Shown: piece after piece, positions 36,819-46,507 of the stretch
Layout: each line of letters starts with the position of its first letter
Position numbering within the stretch: position 1 is the first letter of the stretch
DNA from: Bdellovibrionales bacterium
Lineage (GTDB): Bacteria; Pseudomonadota; Alphaproteobacteria; UBA9219
Length of the DNA: 64,000 bases
Direction of reading: 5' to 3'
NCBI GenBank assembly: GCA_041662785.1
Contig: JBAZRW010000002.1
Span: 14,313 to 78,312 of the forward strand
Translations under genes and position numbers: made by a program
Notes under the pieces: model-generated
Told to the model about the DNA's origin: nothing
The model's database searches: none
What the model saw: the letters and a program-made list of their open reading frames with translations, nothing else

Positions 36819-37973
36819 GTGGCTCAACCCTATCAAAATCTTCTGGAAGACATCACCGTCGAGTTTCGGCGGGCGCACGTTGTCATCGTTGATGATGATC
36901 CGACCAACCGAATTCTTTTGCGCAGTGTGTGCGAGAAAATCGGTGTGGGCATTATTGATGAGGCCGAGGACGGCGTTGTCGCCATGGAATTGATCTCTCG
37001 CTTTCAGCCGGATTTGATCTTATTGGACATTCGTATGCCGCGCATGGATGGGCTAGAGCTTATGCGCCGTCTTCGTGAAAACCCTGCGCTAGAGAGGCTT
37101 TCCATTCTTGTGCAAACGGGTTTGCAGGGGGAAGATGATCGCGTTCGTTGTTTTAACCTTGGCGCGACGGACGTTGTAAGTCGCCCTTTCCATCTGACAG
37201 AGCTAAAGGCGCGCATCACCGCGCATTTGCGAAGCGCCATTGCGTCGCGCGTTCTTTTTGATTTCCGTAACCGCATTCAAGCGCACATCGAAATCACGCA
37301 CTCGTTTCTGGATGCCATTTTGCCGACGCAGGAAAAGGCCGAGATTATAACAGCCTCTTTTGGGTTGAATTGCTCATCCGTTTATCGACCTCATGATGAA
37401 ATCGGCGGCGACCTTTGGTCTTTGCATGCGATTGATGATGATCTTCTGGGCATTCTTTTGATTGATGCCAGCGCTCATGGCCTTGCGGGGGCTATCAACG
37501 CGCTTCGCGTCGATTGTCTGGTGCAGGAATATCAAGGTGATCTTCGTGATCCGGGGCTTTTCCTGAACAAACTTGATGCGGCTATGGCCAAGATATCTTT
37601 TGGCCAGTTGTTCGCGGGTGCGATTGCCATGACGTTCAATAAAAAAACGGGGGAAATCCGTTATGCCGGTTCAGGTATTCCTTACCCTCTTTTAATGTCG
37701 AATGGTTTCGTCACAGAGCTGAAAACACGGGGGCTTCCCTTAGGGTCTGGGGTTGTATCGTTGACAACGGCGTCGACGACGATGAAGGAGGGGGACACGC
37801 TCGTTCTTTATAGCGATGGGTGGTCCGAAAGCATCACGGGAGAACCGGCTGCTTTGCTCGCCAAGGCCGATCTTGATTGTTACGACTTGGCTGAAAGCTT
37901 GGCCCCAGAGGAATCCTTGATCGACGATCTTACGCTTATCACTTTTAAAAGGAGAGCAAGCCATGCCGTTTAA
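36819..37973 (+). CDS. Response regulator with a PP2C/SpoIIE-type phosphatase output domain (RsbU-like).
   Basis: REC domain (VVIVDDDPTNR...DLILLDIRMPRMDG...) plus a C-terminal PP2C domain (GGDLWSL..., LVLYSDGWSE). GTG start. Confidence 0.8.
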   Translation: MAQPYQNLLEDITVEFRRAHVVIVDDDPTNRILLRSVCEKIGVGIIDEAEDGVVAMELISRFQPDLILLDIRMPRMDGLELMRRLRENPALERLSILVQTGLQGEDDRVRCFNLGATDVVSRPFHLTELKARITAHLRSAIASRVLFDFRNRIQAHIEITHSFLDAILPTQEKAEIITASFGLNCSSVYRPHDEIGGDLWSLHAIDDDLLGILLIDASAHGLAGAINALRVDCLVQEYQGDLRDPGLFLNKLDAAMAKISFGQLFAGAIAMTFNKKTGEIRYAGSGIPYPLLMSNGFVTELKTRGLPLGSGVVSLTTASTTMKEGDTLVLYSDGWSESITGEPAALLAKADLDCYDLAESLAPEESLIDDLTLITFKRRASHAV

Positions 37974-38280
37974 ATTTCGTCATGAAGGGCGTGATTTGGC
38001 TGTTTATGTTTCCGGTGTTTTGACCTTTCACCAACACAAGGAGGGGGAGCAGTTGGTTTATCAGATTGCGACCCTTGTTGATAATGGTGAGGTGGGGTCG
38101 GTGAGGATGAACTTTGAGGAGGTCTTGCGGATGGACAGCCATTGGCTGGGTGTTTTGATACGCATCCTGCGCCGCGTGAAGGAAAGAAAGGCTACTTTCG
38201 TTATCGAAAAGCCGAATAAAGATATTTGCCGGTTGTTCGATATCGTTGAATTAAGTCGTATCGCTGAGATCAAACCTTAA
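37963..38280 (+). CDS. STAS-domain anti-sigma-factor antagonist (SpoIIAA/RsbV-like).
   Basis: Size, position and STAS fold pattern. It overlaps the upstream gene by 11 bp. Confidence 0.7.
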   Translation: MPFKFRHEGRDLAVYVSGVLTFHQHKEGEQLVYQIATLVDNGEVGSVRMNFEEVLRMDSHWLGVLIRILRRVKERKATFVIEKPNKDICRLFDIVELSRIAEIKP

Positions 38281-38298
38281 AAAAATTGTGGGACGGGT

Positions 38299-38769
38299 AT
38301 GAAAACTTTTGGTTTTCTCACTGATGAGCAGGTAAGGCCTATTCAAGAGGCTTTAGCACATCCAAATAACATTTATATGGCGTTGTTCGATCGGCAGTCG
38401 TTGTGGGATCCTATAACGCTTGATCTGGTGCTTGAATCTTTTCCGTCAGGCCATATTGATAGCGCCGATTTGTTCCTTGTTTTGGCCGAATGTATCGCGA
38501 ATGCTGTTTTGCATGGGCAAGCCGAGATTCTTGGTTTTTCGGCGCGGCGGCGTAGCGATATCCTGTTGTTCACTTTCCTCCAAAAGCCCCCTATGCAAAA
38601 ACGCATTAGCGCTGTTCTCTCGATGGCGAAGGGGGGGCAGATTCGTGAATGCAGCATGGAAGTGCCAGGTGGGTTGGGCTTCCCGATTTTGTTGAAGCTG
38701 GCGCGGAAAATAACGATCAGCTCAGACTATAGAAAGCTTCATCTTTGGATCAAGGCCGACGCTGGCTGA
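38299..38769 (+). CDS. RsbW/SpoIIAB-like anti-sigma factor with a Ser kinase (GHKL ATPase).
   Basis: N-box ECIANAVLHG, G-box-like GGLGFPILLKLA, about 156 aa. Confidence 0.7.
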   Translation: MKTFGFLTDEQVRPIQEALAHPNNIYMALFDRQSLWDPITLDLVLESFPSGHIDSADLFLVLAECIANAVLHGQAEILGFSARRRSDILLFTFLQKPPMQKRISAVLSMAKGGQIRECSMEVPGGLGFPILLKLARKITISSDYRKLHLWIKADAG

Positions 38770-38783
38770 CCCAAGGCACTGGG

Positions 38784-38948
38784 TTAGAACATGTCAACCA
38801 CGGTTTGGTAGGTATTACCCAGCTTCGTGCCGAGCAATAGAACAACCCCGACAATAGCCACGCAAATCATGGCGGCGATAAAGGCATATTCAATGGCCGT
38901 CGCGCCGCCCGCGTTTCCCCAAAAGCGTTTTTTCGAAAAAGTCATCAT
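38784..38948 (-). CDS. flp: Flp/Fap-family type IVb pilin, 54 aa. It is missing from the ORF track.
   Basis: Translation MMTFSKKRFWGNAGGATAIEYAFIAAMICVAIVGVVLLLGTKLGNTYQTVVDMF contains the Flp processing motif G/ATAIEY followed by a hydrophobic helix. It starts 20 bp downstream of the prfC stop. Confidence 0.8.
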   Translation of the reverse strand: MMTFSKKRFWGNAGGATAIEYAFIAAMICVAIVGVVLLLGTKLGNTYQTVVDMF

Positions 38949-38968
38949 GCCGGACTGCCTTTCGTTTG

Positions 38969-40576
38969 TTAGCTGATGGGCGCGTGGTGTTGCTCGCGGG
39001 TTTTGAGGAACTTCAGATCGGGGTTTTCCTCAATCGTGCGGTTTAGATGCCAAGCGTTGCGCGCCAGAAAGACTAGCGCACCATCATGATCTTCCGCAAG
39101 GGAGCTGCGATTGGCGTCGGTAAAGCGCTTCACAGCATCGGGGTGATCTGACTCCACCCACCGCGCCGCCTCTAGCCCTGCCGTCTCAAAATGAGCGGGC
39201 AGGCCGTATTCGGCTCCGATGCGAGAGGCCAAAACCTCAAACTGCAACGCGCCGACGACGCCCACAATCCAATCCGCGCCTGTCAGAGGTTTAAAGACTT
39301 GGCTGGCGCCTTCCTCGGCAAAGTGTTCCAGTGCGCGACGGACATGCTTGACCTTCATGGGGTCGCCGATATGGACGCGCTGTAGCATTTCTGGCGCAAA
39401 GCTGGGCACGCCGACGAAGTTGATCGCTTCGCCTTCGGTTAGCGTATCACCGATGCGCAAGGAGCCATGGTTGGGGATGCCCATAATGTCGCCGGCAAAG
39501 GCGTCCTCGGCCAGTTCGCGCTCACGCGCGAGAAACAGAACGGCGTTGCCCACGGCCAGCATCTTGCCGCTGCGCCCATGAAACAGCTTCATGCCGCGCT
39601 TGAAGTGGCCAGAGCACAAACGCACGAACGCGATGCGGTCGCGGTGGTTGGGGTCCATATTCGCCTGCACCTTGAACACAAAGCCCGTGACCTTATGTTC
39701 CAAAGGATGAACGATGCGGCTGTCGGCTTTTTGGGGGCGGGGTGAGGGCGCGTGCTCGGCCAATCCCATCAAGAGGTCTTGCACACCAAAGTTATAAAAG
39801 GCGCTCCCGAAAAACAGGGGTGTTAAATGACCCTCGCGGTAGGAGTCGATGTTGAACGGCTTGCACAGCGCCCGCGCCATCTCAACGTCCTCGCGCAGTT
39901 TTGTGGCAAGCGCCGCGCCTAAAAGAACGTCGATTTTGGGATCGTTCAAGCCCTCGCACGCGATGCCTTCCACCGCGCGGTGGCGATCGGCCTTGTCCAG
40001 CAAAATAAGGCGATCACGCAGCAGGTCATAGCAGCCCCGAAAGTCAGAGCCTTGCCCTATGGGCCAGTTCAGTGGCGTGACGTCCAATGCCAGCGTTTCT
40101 TCAATCTCGCTGATCAGGTCAAAGGGGTCGCGTGACTCGCGATCCATTTTGTTGACAAAGGTGATGATGGGCACGTCGCGCAGGCGGCAAACCTCAAACA
40201 GTTTGCGCGTCTGGGTTTCAATGCCCTTCGCGCCGTCGATGACCATCACCGCGCTGTCCACGGCGGTCAGCGTGCGATAGGTGTCTTCCGAAAAATCTTC
40301 GTGTCCGGGTGTGTCCACAAGGTTGAAGGATTTACCCGCGTAGTCAAAACTCATGACCGAGGCGGTGACGGAGATCCCGCGCTCACGCTCGACCTTCATC
40401 CAGTCCGAGCGCGCGCGGCGCTGCTCGCCACGCGCCTTGACCGCGCCCGCCAACTGGATCGCCCCGCCGAACAGCAAAAGCTTTTCGGTCAGCGTCGTTT
40501 TTCCGGCGTCAGGATGGGCGATGATGGCAAAAGTGCGCCTGCGCATCACGTTTAGGGTGAGAAGCTGGTCTGTCAT
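38969..40576 (-). CDS. prfC: Peptide chain release factor 3 (GTPase).
   Basis: G1 AHPDAGKTT, G3 DTPGH, G4 NKMD, and about 535 aa with the RF3 C-terminal domains. Confidence 0.9.
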   Translation of the reverse strand: MTDQLLTLNVMRRRTFAIIAHPDAGKTTLTEKLLLFGGAIQLAGAVKARGEQRRARSDWMKVERERGISVTASVMSFDYAGKSFNLVDTPGHEDFSEDTYRTLTAVDSAVMVIDGAKGIETQTRKLFEVCRLRDVPIITFVNKMDRESRDPFDLISEIEETLALDVTPLNWPIGQGSDFRGCYDLLRDRLILLDKADRHRAVEGIACEGLNDPKIDVLLGAALATKLREDVEMARALCKPFNIDSYREGHLTPLFFGSAFYNFGVQDLLMGLAEHAPSPRPQKADSRIVHPLEHKVTGFVFKVQANMDPNHRDRIAFVRLCSGHFKRGMKLFHGRSGKMLAVGNAVLFLARERELAEDAFAGDIMGIPNHGSLRIGDTLTEGEAINFVGVPSFAPEMLQRVHIGDPMKVKHVRRALEHFAEEGASQVFKPLTGADWIVGVVGALQFEVLASRIGAEYGLPAHFETAGLEAARWVESDHPDAVKRFTDANRSSLAEDHDGALVFLARNAWHLNRTIEENPDLKFLKTREQHHAPIS

Positions 40577-40585
40577 AAGGGTGTT

Positions 40586-40936
40586 CTAACGATACAGGTA
40601 AAGGGCTTGTTCTAGCTGCGCGGGTCGCGGATCCATCTTCAGCGTGTGGACGGGAATTGGGTGAGGCGCGATGATATGGGGAAACATATCATCGCCGCCA
40701 AAGAAAACAGGTCGCCTTATGCGGTCGAACATATCGGCATTGCGATGGTAGAAAAGAGGAACGGGTTTGATCATGTCCTGTCCGTGATTACGGTCGCTGG
40801 GAACCGAGGGGCGATCATAGATCCAGTTCTTGCTATAGAACATATCGCCACGGCGATCATCAGGACGCGCAGCCGCGGGGCTTGAAAGCCCCACCAGCAA
40901 AACCGCCGTTGCTAAAAGAAGTGTAACCGCCTTCAT
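40586..40936 (-). CDS. Small secreted hypothetical protein.
   Basis: Signal peptide MKAVTLLLATAVLLVGLSSPAAA. No family recognised. Confidence 0.45.
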   Translation of the reverse strand: MKAVTLLLATAVLLVGLSSPAAARPDDRRGDMFYSKNWIYDRPSVPSDRNHGQDMIKPVPLFYHRNADMFDRIRRPVFFGGDDMFPHIIAPHPIPVHTLKMDPRPAQLEQALYLYR

Positions 40937-40939
40937 CGC

Positions 40940-42316
40940 TCATCCTTGATCTTCGCCGACAACTTTGTTCCGGCCTGTTTCTTTGGCACGATACAGGGCG
41001 GCGTCGGCGCGATCAAGAATGGATACAGGGGTTTGATCATTTTCATGGTTAAAGGAGGCAACGCCGAAACTGGCGCTAATCATCAGGGAATCCCCTGTTT
41101 CGTCTAGGATAATGGGGGTTTGGGCCACGGCCTCGCGCAGGCGGTTGCCGACGGTGAGCGCTGTTTTATAGTCGGTTTCGGGCATAATGACTGCAAATTC
41201 CTCGCCCCCCATACGCACAACAAGGTCAAAGGGGCGCAGGCTCACCAGCACGCGGTTAACAACTTCCTTAAGGGCGATATCGCCCGCCTTGTGGCCCTTT
41301 GTGTCGTTAACGGCCTTAAAGTGGTCGATGTCGAAGGATAAAATGGAAAGGGCGTGACGTGTGGCCTGACTGCGTGAAAACAGGGTAGGCAAATGCATGT
41401 CCAGATAGCGGCGATTATAGGCCCCCGTTAGAGGATCGACGAGGGCGAGAGTCAGGCTGGCTTCATAGTTTTTATGCAGCCTTTCATAGTGCCGCTTCTG
41501 TCGTAGTTGCGTGCGCAGGCGTGTGAAGAGTTCCTCTTTTTCCAAGGGGCGGAGCAAATAATCGTTGGCGCCAAGGTCAAGGCCTCGTGCAACCTGATCG
41601 ATGTCTTCTTCGCCCGCGACAAGCAAAATGGGCAGCGTGCGCGTTGACTCGTGCGCGCGCAATTGAGCACATAGATAAAGACCGTCGCCGTTCGTCAGAT
41701 TCAAACTGATCATGATAAGGTCAAAGGACTGTTGGCTTAAGGTAGGCGCAACATCCTCAACATTTGGGACGCGCGTGACGGTGTGGCCGCCCGTGGTCAG
41801 ATGCTTTTCCAGTATATCCGCGTTGTATGCGGAATCATCCAACAACAGGATTTTCCCGCCTTGGTCGCTGATAGGTTCTTCCTGCGCTGGATAAAGCGTG
41901 AATTGTGAGGCTGTCGATTCGCGCATGCGCCATTCATCCATCAGCATTTTAAGACGCAAAAGGGAACGGACTCGTGCCATCAGCGCAATATCGTTGATGG
42001 GCTTGGTTAGGAAATCGTCCGCGCCGCACTCAAGGCCGCGCACGCGATCTTTGACATCACTGAGCGCTGTGATCATCACGATTGGAATATGCTGGGTAGC
42101 CGGATCGGCCTTTATATGCGTGCAGACCTCAAATCCATCCATCTCTGGCATCATAATGTCCAAAAGGATCAGGTCGGGCATATCGCGTTTGACAAGCTCA
42201 ATCGCTTCGGGGCCGTTTGCCGCTGTCGTGACGAGATAATAATCCTTCGCCAGTTTAGCGGACAAAAGCTTAAGGTTTAAAGGCGTATCATCAACGACAA
42301 GGATGCGTGCAGACAT
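40940..42316 (-). CDS. pleD: PleD-type response regulator diguanylate cyclase (REC-REC-GGDEF).
   Basis: Two receiver domains and a GGDEF domain with RMGGEEFAVIMP. The start is reassigned to MSARILVVDD, 13 bp downstream of the divK stop. Confidence 0.85.
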   Translation of the reverse strand: MSARILVVDDTPLNLKLLSAKLAKDYYLVTTAANGPEAIELVKRDMPDLILLDIMMPEMDGFEVCTHIKADPATQHIPIVMITALSDVKDRVRGLECGADDFLTKPINDIALMARVRSLLRLKMLMDEWRMRESTASQFTLYPAQEEPISDQGGKILLLDDSAYNADILEKHLTTGGHTVTRVPNVEDVAPTLSQQSFDLIMISLNLTNGDGLYLCAQLRAHESTRTLPILLVAGEEDIDQVARGLDLGANDYLLRPLEKEELFTRLRTQLRQKRHYERLHKNYEASLTLALVDPLTGAYNRRYLDMHLPTLFSRSQATRHALSILSFDIDHFKAVNDTKGHKAGDIALKEVVNRVLVSLRPFDLVVRMGGEEFAVIMPETDYKTALTVGNRLREAVAQTPIILDETGDSLMISASFGVASFNHENDQTPVSILDRADAALYRAKETGRNKVVGEDQG

Positions 42317-42329
42317 GAGTGGAAAGGCC

Positions 42330-42728
42330 TTAAGCCGGAGGAAGAGGCGGGGAGTCGATAAAGCGTTTGACGGTTGCCAAAAACGACGCGACAGAGATGG
42401 GTTTAGAGATATAGCCTTCACAGCCGCCAGCGCGTATTTTTTCTTCATCGCCTTTCATGGCAAAGGCGGTGATGGCGATGACGGGGATTTTTTTTAGGGT
42501 CGCGTCTTTTTTAAGCCAGCTTGTGATTTCAAGCCCCGACACTTCGGGCAGCTGAATGTCCATAAGGATCAGATCCGGTTTGTTGGCGCGGGCCATGTCG
42601 ATGACCTGCAGGCCATCTGCCGTATGCACAGTCCTGTAGCCGTTCGCTTCAAGAAGATCGCGAAACAGTTTTTTGTTGAGTTCGTTATCCTCAACAATCA
42701 TGACGCATTTGCTAGGGCCTTGAGACAT
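42330..42728 (-). CDS. divK: Single-domain response regulator DivK.
   Basis: Close to DivK ([23 protein letters not shown]...[14 protein letters not shown]...). This is the conserved divK-pleD pair. Confidence 0.85.
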   Translation of the reverse strand: MSQGPSKCVMIVEDNELNKKLFRDLLEANGYRTVHTADGLQVIDMARANKPDLILMDIQLPEVSGLEITSWLKKDATLKKIPVIAITAFAMKGDEEKIRAGGCEGYISKPISVASFLATVKRFIDSPPLPPA

Positions 42729-42891
42729 GGGGTATAAACAAACAGAAGGGTTGAACAGATGCCGAATCCGGCCTCCTAAAGTACAGTCAAAACCCTTAGC
42801 ATCCTCTTAAAGTTGGGAGGGGAGATGCGAAAAAGTCTTTTTAGTGAAAGCTTTACGATTTATTTACCATAAAAGGCGGTTTTGGGCGGGC

Positions 42892-43887
42892 ATGAAAAAG
42901 AAAAACAAGAAAAGAGTAATGGGGCTGTTGTGGCTTTTGGTGCTGGGCGCTTTGGTCACCTTTTGGCTCTTGCCCGTCAGGGTGGCGGCTCCCCGCCTTC
43001 ATTGGCGTGCCCCTGTTCACGTTGTCCTTCCCTCTTTACCCAAAACCCCGACGCTTGATGAGGCCTCCCATGTTCTTGAGGAAATAAGAAAGCAAACCCT
43101 GTTGTTTGAAGAGGAACATAAGCCGGACGAGAAAGAGCCCCCCGCCGTGACGGAAGCGCCAGCAACGCAGGCGCCACTGCCTCCCGTTCCCGCTCAACCC
43201 GTGCCGCCTCTCGTCCCCCCCCTTAAGGGCAGTCCCTTTATCGCTATTATTATCGATGATATGGGGATGACCCCTGCCTTGGATGCGCGGGCGCTCAGGC
43301 TTCCTGCGCCCGTTACGCTGTCTTATTTGCCTTATGCCCCACGCGTGCAAGAGCAAGCGGATCAGGCCAAGGCGCGGGGGCATGATATCTTGCTGCATTT
43401 TCCGATGGAGCCTTTGGGCAAGGCTAATCCGGGGCCGAATGCACTGCGCGTGGGACAAACGCCAGAAGAGTGGGCAGAGCTTATCGACAAGAACCTTCAG
43501 TCCTTTTCTGGTTATACGGGCGTGAACAATCATATGGGTAGCCGTTTTACAAGCGATCCAAAGGGGATGGCGGTTGTTGCCGAGGCTTTGCTTCAAAAGG
43601 GGATCTTTTTTGTCGATTCACGAACCAACCCCGCCTCCATCGCTGAACAAACAATGCGCGGCGCGGGCGTTAAAACGATTTCACGCGATATTTTTCTGGA
43701 TGATACCCAGTCTTTACAAGCCATTCGGGGTGAGTTGGCACATCTTGAGCGCGTGGCAAGGCGGCAAGGCGTCGCGGTTGCCATCGGGCATCCCCACCTT
43801 GTAACGATTCAAGCGCTAGAATCGTGGCTGCCAGAGGCTGAATCGCGCGGTTTTAGGCTTGTACCTGTTAGGTCTTTGGTAAGATAA
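42892..43887 (+). CDS. Divergent polysaccharide deacetylase family protein (YibQ-like), membrane-anchored.
   Basis: N-terminal TM helix, a proline-rich linker, then the DUF610 core (FIAIIIDDMG...LSYLPYAP...HDILLHFPMEP...NNHMGSRFT). Confidence 0.65.
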   Translation: MKKKNKKRVMGLLWLLVLGALVTFWLLPVRVAAPRLHWRAPVHVVLPSLPKTPTLDEASHVLEEIRKQTLLFEEEHKPDEKEPPAVTEAPATQAPLPPVPAQPVPPLVPPLKGSPFIAIIIDDMGMTPALDARALRLPAPVTLSYLPYAPRVQEQADQAKARGHDILLHFPMEPLGKANPGPNALRVGQTPEEWAELIDKNLQSFSGYTGVNNHMGSRFTSDPKGMAVVAEALLQKGIFFVDSRTNPASIAEQTMRGAGVKTISRDIFLDDTQSLQAIRGELAHLERVARRQGVAVAIGHPHLVTIQALESWLPEAESRGFRLVPVRSLVR

Positions 43888-43959
43888 TCTTGCCACAAGG
43901 TGCGTGGCTAGGCATAGTATCAACCACGCGTGAAAAAGCGCGATTCGAGGTAATGGCAC

Positions 43960-45198
43960 ATGAATGGGCTTGTCATGACAATAAATGGACGTATCTTCAA
44001 ACGTAGTGTGTGCGCTTTTGCGTTGATGTGTGTTCTGATGATAGCCAGCGGGCGCGTTAGGGCAGGCGATATGCCAACGGCGGCAGGATCACCGATTGCG
44101 GGCATTTCCTTTGATGATCGTCCCCTTATCCTTCCCATTCAACGTAATTTCCAAATGGCGATGTTGACGGCCAGCAGCGAGATGGGCCGCAGTTGTGGCC
44201 GGATGGAAGCCTATGGCTGGCGCTTAGGGGATGCGGAGCAGGATCGTGTCAATCAGATTTTCGATAACACGGTCGATCGTATGCGTGCGCAAGGCTTTAA
44301 TGTTGCGTCGAAAACGGCCACCACGGTGTCGCGCGATGTCACGCTTTTTGCGGCGGATCGCGCCGATAAGCATCTTATCTTCATGTGGTCGGCGGGTGAG
44401 ATTGGGCTTGTGATGGTTCTGTGCGAAACCTCTGCGCCGCTTTCCCCCATTGCCTCTAATCTTGTGAAGAACGCCCAAGAGGATCAGCCTGCTTCTCTGC
44501 CAACGCTGTCCCCGATGTCCAAGGCCGTCGACTCGACCAAAACAGAAGGCAAGCGTGTGAGCTTGTCGCAGACGGGTAAGCCCCTTTATGAAAACTTTTC
44601 GCCGGTTGGTTCTTGGGCGGGGGATTATACCTGTTCGCAAGGCACAACGGGCGCGACGCTGCGCATTGCCAGCCTGAAGGGCGATCATTTCGAAGGGGAA
44701 TTTCAATTCTATCCCACAGCCAAGAATCCCTATGTTCCTCGCGGCAGGTACAAGGTTTTTGGTGAGTATGATCGCGATTCTCAGCGCATTCTGGTTAATC
44801 CGGGGGCATGGATTGAACGACCCAAAGACTTTTATAATACGATCATGATTGGCAGCTTCGATCCTGTAAACAAGACGTTCAGCGCTTATTTCCAAGGGAT
44901 AACGGGCTGCACAAGCTTTGAAGCGCGTGGTGAGCATGGGGCAGAGGCGGTATCGCCTTCTCATGAAAAGGCCAAGGCTTCAGCAGCAACGAAAGCCAAA
45001 AGCCAAGCCAAGCCCAAAGTCAAGAAACCAGTTAGTGTGAAAAAGAAGAAAGCTGAAAAGGCTCCCGCGACGACAGGAAAAAGCGCCGTGAAGGAAGCTC
45101 CTTTAGATTTGAAGAATGACGCGGTGACAGTGTCACCCGCGCCACGCGCCTCTTCAATTGAGCCTCCGGCGGAAGGCATTAAGATACCCTCTCCCTAA
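43960..45198 (+). CDS. Secreted hypothetical protein with a lysine/alanine-rich C-terminal tail.
   Basis: Signal peptide. The C-terminal region AKASAATKAKSQAKPKVKKPVSVKKKKAEKAPATTGKSAVKEAP is low-complexity basic sequence (H1- or AlgP-like). Confidence 0.5.
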   Translation: MNGLVMTINGRIFKRSVCAFALMCVLMIASGRVRAGDMPTAAGSPIAGISFDDRPLILPIQRNFQMAMLTASSEMGRSCGRMEAYGWRLGDAEQDRVNQIFDNTVDRMRAQGFNVASKTATTVSRDVTLFAADRADKHLIFMWSAGEIGLVMVLCETSAPLSPIASNLVKNAQEDQPASLPTLSPMSKAVDSTKTEGKRVSLSQTGKPLYENFSPVGSWAGDYTCSQGTTGATLRIASLKGDHFEGEFQFYPTAKNPYVPRGRYKVFGEYDRDSQRILVNPGAWIERPKDFYNTIMIGSFDPVNKTFSAYFQGITGCTSFEARGEHGAEAVSPSHEKAKASAATKAKSQAKPKVKKPVSVKKKKAEKAPATTGKSAVKEAPLDLKNDAVTVSPAPRASSIEPPAEGIKIPSP

Positions 45199-45368
45199 GA
45201 ACTAAGGCGGCGAGAGGGGCTGACTTCTCCCTTTTCTCCGGTTTTGGCCGATCATTTCGCCTGCACCTGTGGATAACAATCTGTGGGTAGTTTTCCTTTC
45301 CGGCCTACTACATCTTGCGTCTAGGTGTTAACTATGCGTAAATGATTTCCTGTTTAGGGAGAATCTTT

Positions 45369-46307
45369 ATGCGTCCTGTCAGTGAAAAATTCGTCGATTT
45401 GGGAAGCCCTTCTCGTATTTGGGCTGTGGCGGCTATCCATGGGGATCGTGAGCGTCTTGCGACGTTGCATGATCATCTGGCCTCGCGCTTTAATGTGCGG
45501 GATCGCCTCATTTATCTGGGCAACTATTTGGCCACAGGCGCATGGGACAATCATGCGCTGATCGAAGAGCTTCTTACTTTTCGCGCAGCGCTTATGTCCA
45601 AGGCGGGGATGATGCCGTCTGACATCGTTCATTTGCGTGGCCCTGCCGAGGAATCGTGGCAGCGTTTGCTGCGCCTTCAATTCGCGCCATCACCTGCGGC
45701 GGCCTTAGAAAAATATCTTGAGGCGGGGGCCGAGGCTTATTTGCGCCTGTATGGTGTCAGCCTAAACGACACAAAATCAATGGCGCGTGCGGGCAGTGTG
45801 GCCATCACGCGCTGGACGAACCAGCTTCGCGTGTTGCAACGGCAGACCGTGGGACATGAGGCCTTGGTGTGCAGCTTGCGTCGTGCGGCGGTTACGTCGC
45901 CACAGGATGGGCAGGGGCGCGTGTTGTTTGTGCCTGCAGGTTTTGATGCGCAGCGTTCGTTAGAAGATCAAACGGATCATCTGTGGTACGGCGGCCTTGG
46001 TTTTCACGGCGTTGTGCAGCATGAAAAGTATGCGCGTATCGTGCGCGGCTTTGATTCCATGCGCGGCGGCGTCAATACCGATGGCCTTGCCGTTACGCTT
46101 GATGGCGGCTGTGGTCGCGGCGGGCCTTTGGTGTGTGGTTGCTTTGACGGCGCGGGTCGTCTTCTTGAGATGGTGGCCGTTGGTGGGCGTGGTGCTATTG
46201 AAACCTCGCGCTTTGAAGAGGTCACGCAAGCAACATTCACTTCCTCACGCCATAGTTCCAAAGGCGTCTCTCCCAAGCAGCCGACCTTGTGGTCGGCGCA
46301 GGCGTAA
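45369..46307 (+). CDS. Calcineurin-like metallophosphoesterase (PPP family, ApaH/PrpE-like).
   Basis: IWAVAAIHGDRERL...RLIYLGNYL fits the PPP motifs GDxHG and GNH(D/E) in degenerate form. Confidence 0.5.
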   Translation: MRPVSEKFVDLGSPSRIWAVAAIHGDRERLATLHDHLASRFNVRDRLIYLGNYLATGAWDNHALIEELLTFRAALMSKAGMMPSDIVHLRGPAEESWQRLLRLQFAPSPAAALEKYLEAGAEAYLRLYGVSLNDTKSMARAGSVAITRWTNQLRVLQRQTVGHEALVCSLRRAAVTSPQDGQGRVLFVPAGFDAQRSLEDQTDHLWYGGLGFHGVVQHEKYARIVRGFDSMRGGVNTDGLAVTLDGGCGRGGPLVCGCFDGAGRLLEMVAVGGRGAIETSRFEEVTQATFTSSRHSSKGVSPKQPTLWSAQA

Positions 46308-46347
46308 GGGGTAGTGTATTATAGTCAAACAGAATAAGTTCCGTAAT

Positions 46348-46482
46348 ATCCCGCGTCATTGCGAGCGACCAACGGGAGCGTGGCAATCCATCTCCTGAAC
46401 AGTGCAACAGGGATGATGGTGAAATGTTCAGGAGATGGATCGCCACGTCGGCCTGCGGCCTCCTCGCGATGACGGCGGGAGA
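46348..46482. repeat. Complex nested palindromic element, related to family A by its CGTCAT...ATGACG termini.
   Basis: Outer inverted repeat AAGTTCCGTAATATCCCGCGTCATTGCGAG / CTCGCGATGACGGCGGGAGAAATACGGAACTT. Inner perfect inverted repeat ATCCATCTCCTGAACA / TGTTCAGGAGATGGAT. It sits at a convergent gene junction. Confidence 0.8.
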
Positions 46483-46507
46483 AATACGGAACTTAAATGG
46501 TTTGGCA

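Noticed and set aside
44224-44964. 246-aa minus-strand ORF.
   Set aside because: It is antisense to the signal-peptide-bearing 412-aa secreted protein gene. Its Arg-rich composition comes from high GC content, and it lacks a start context.
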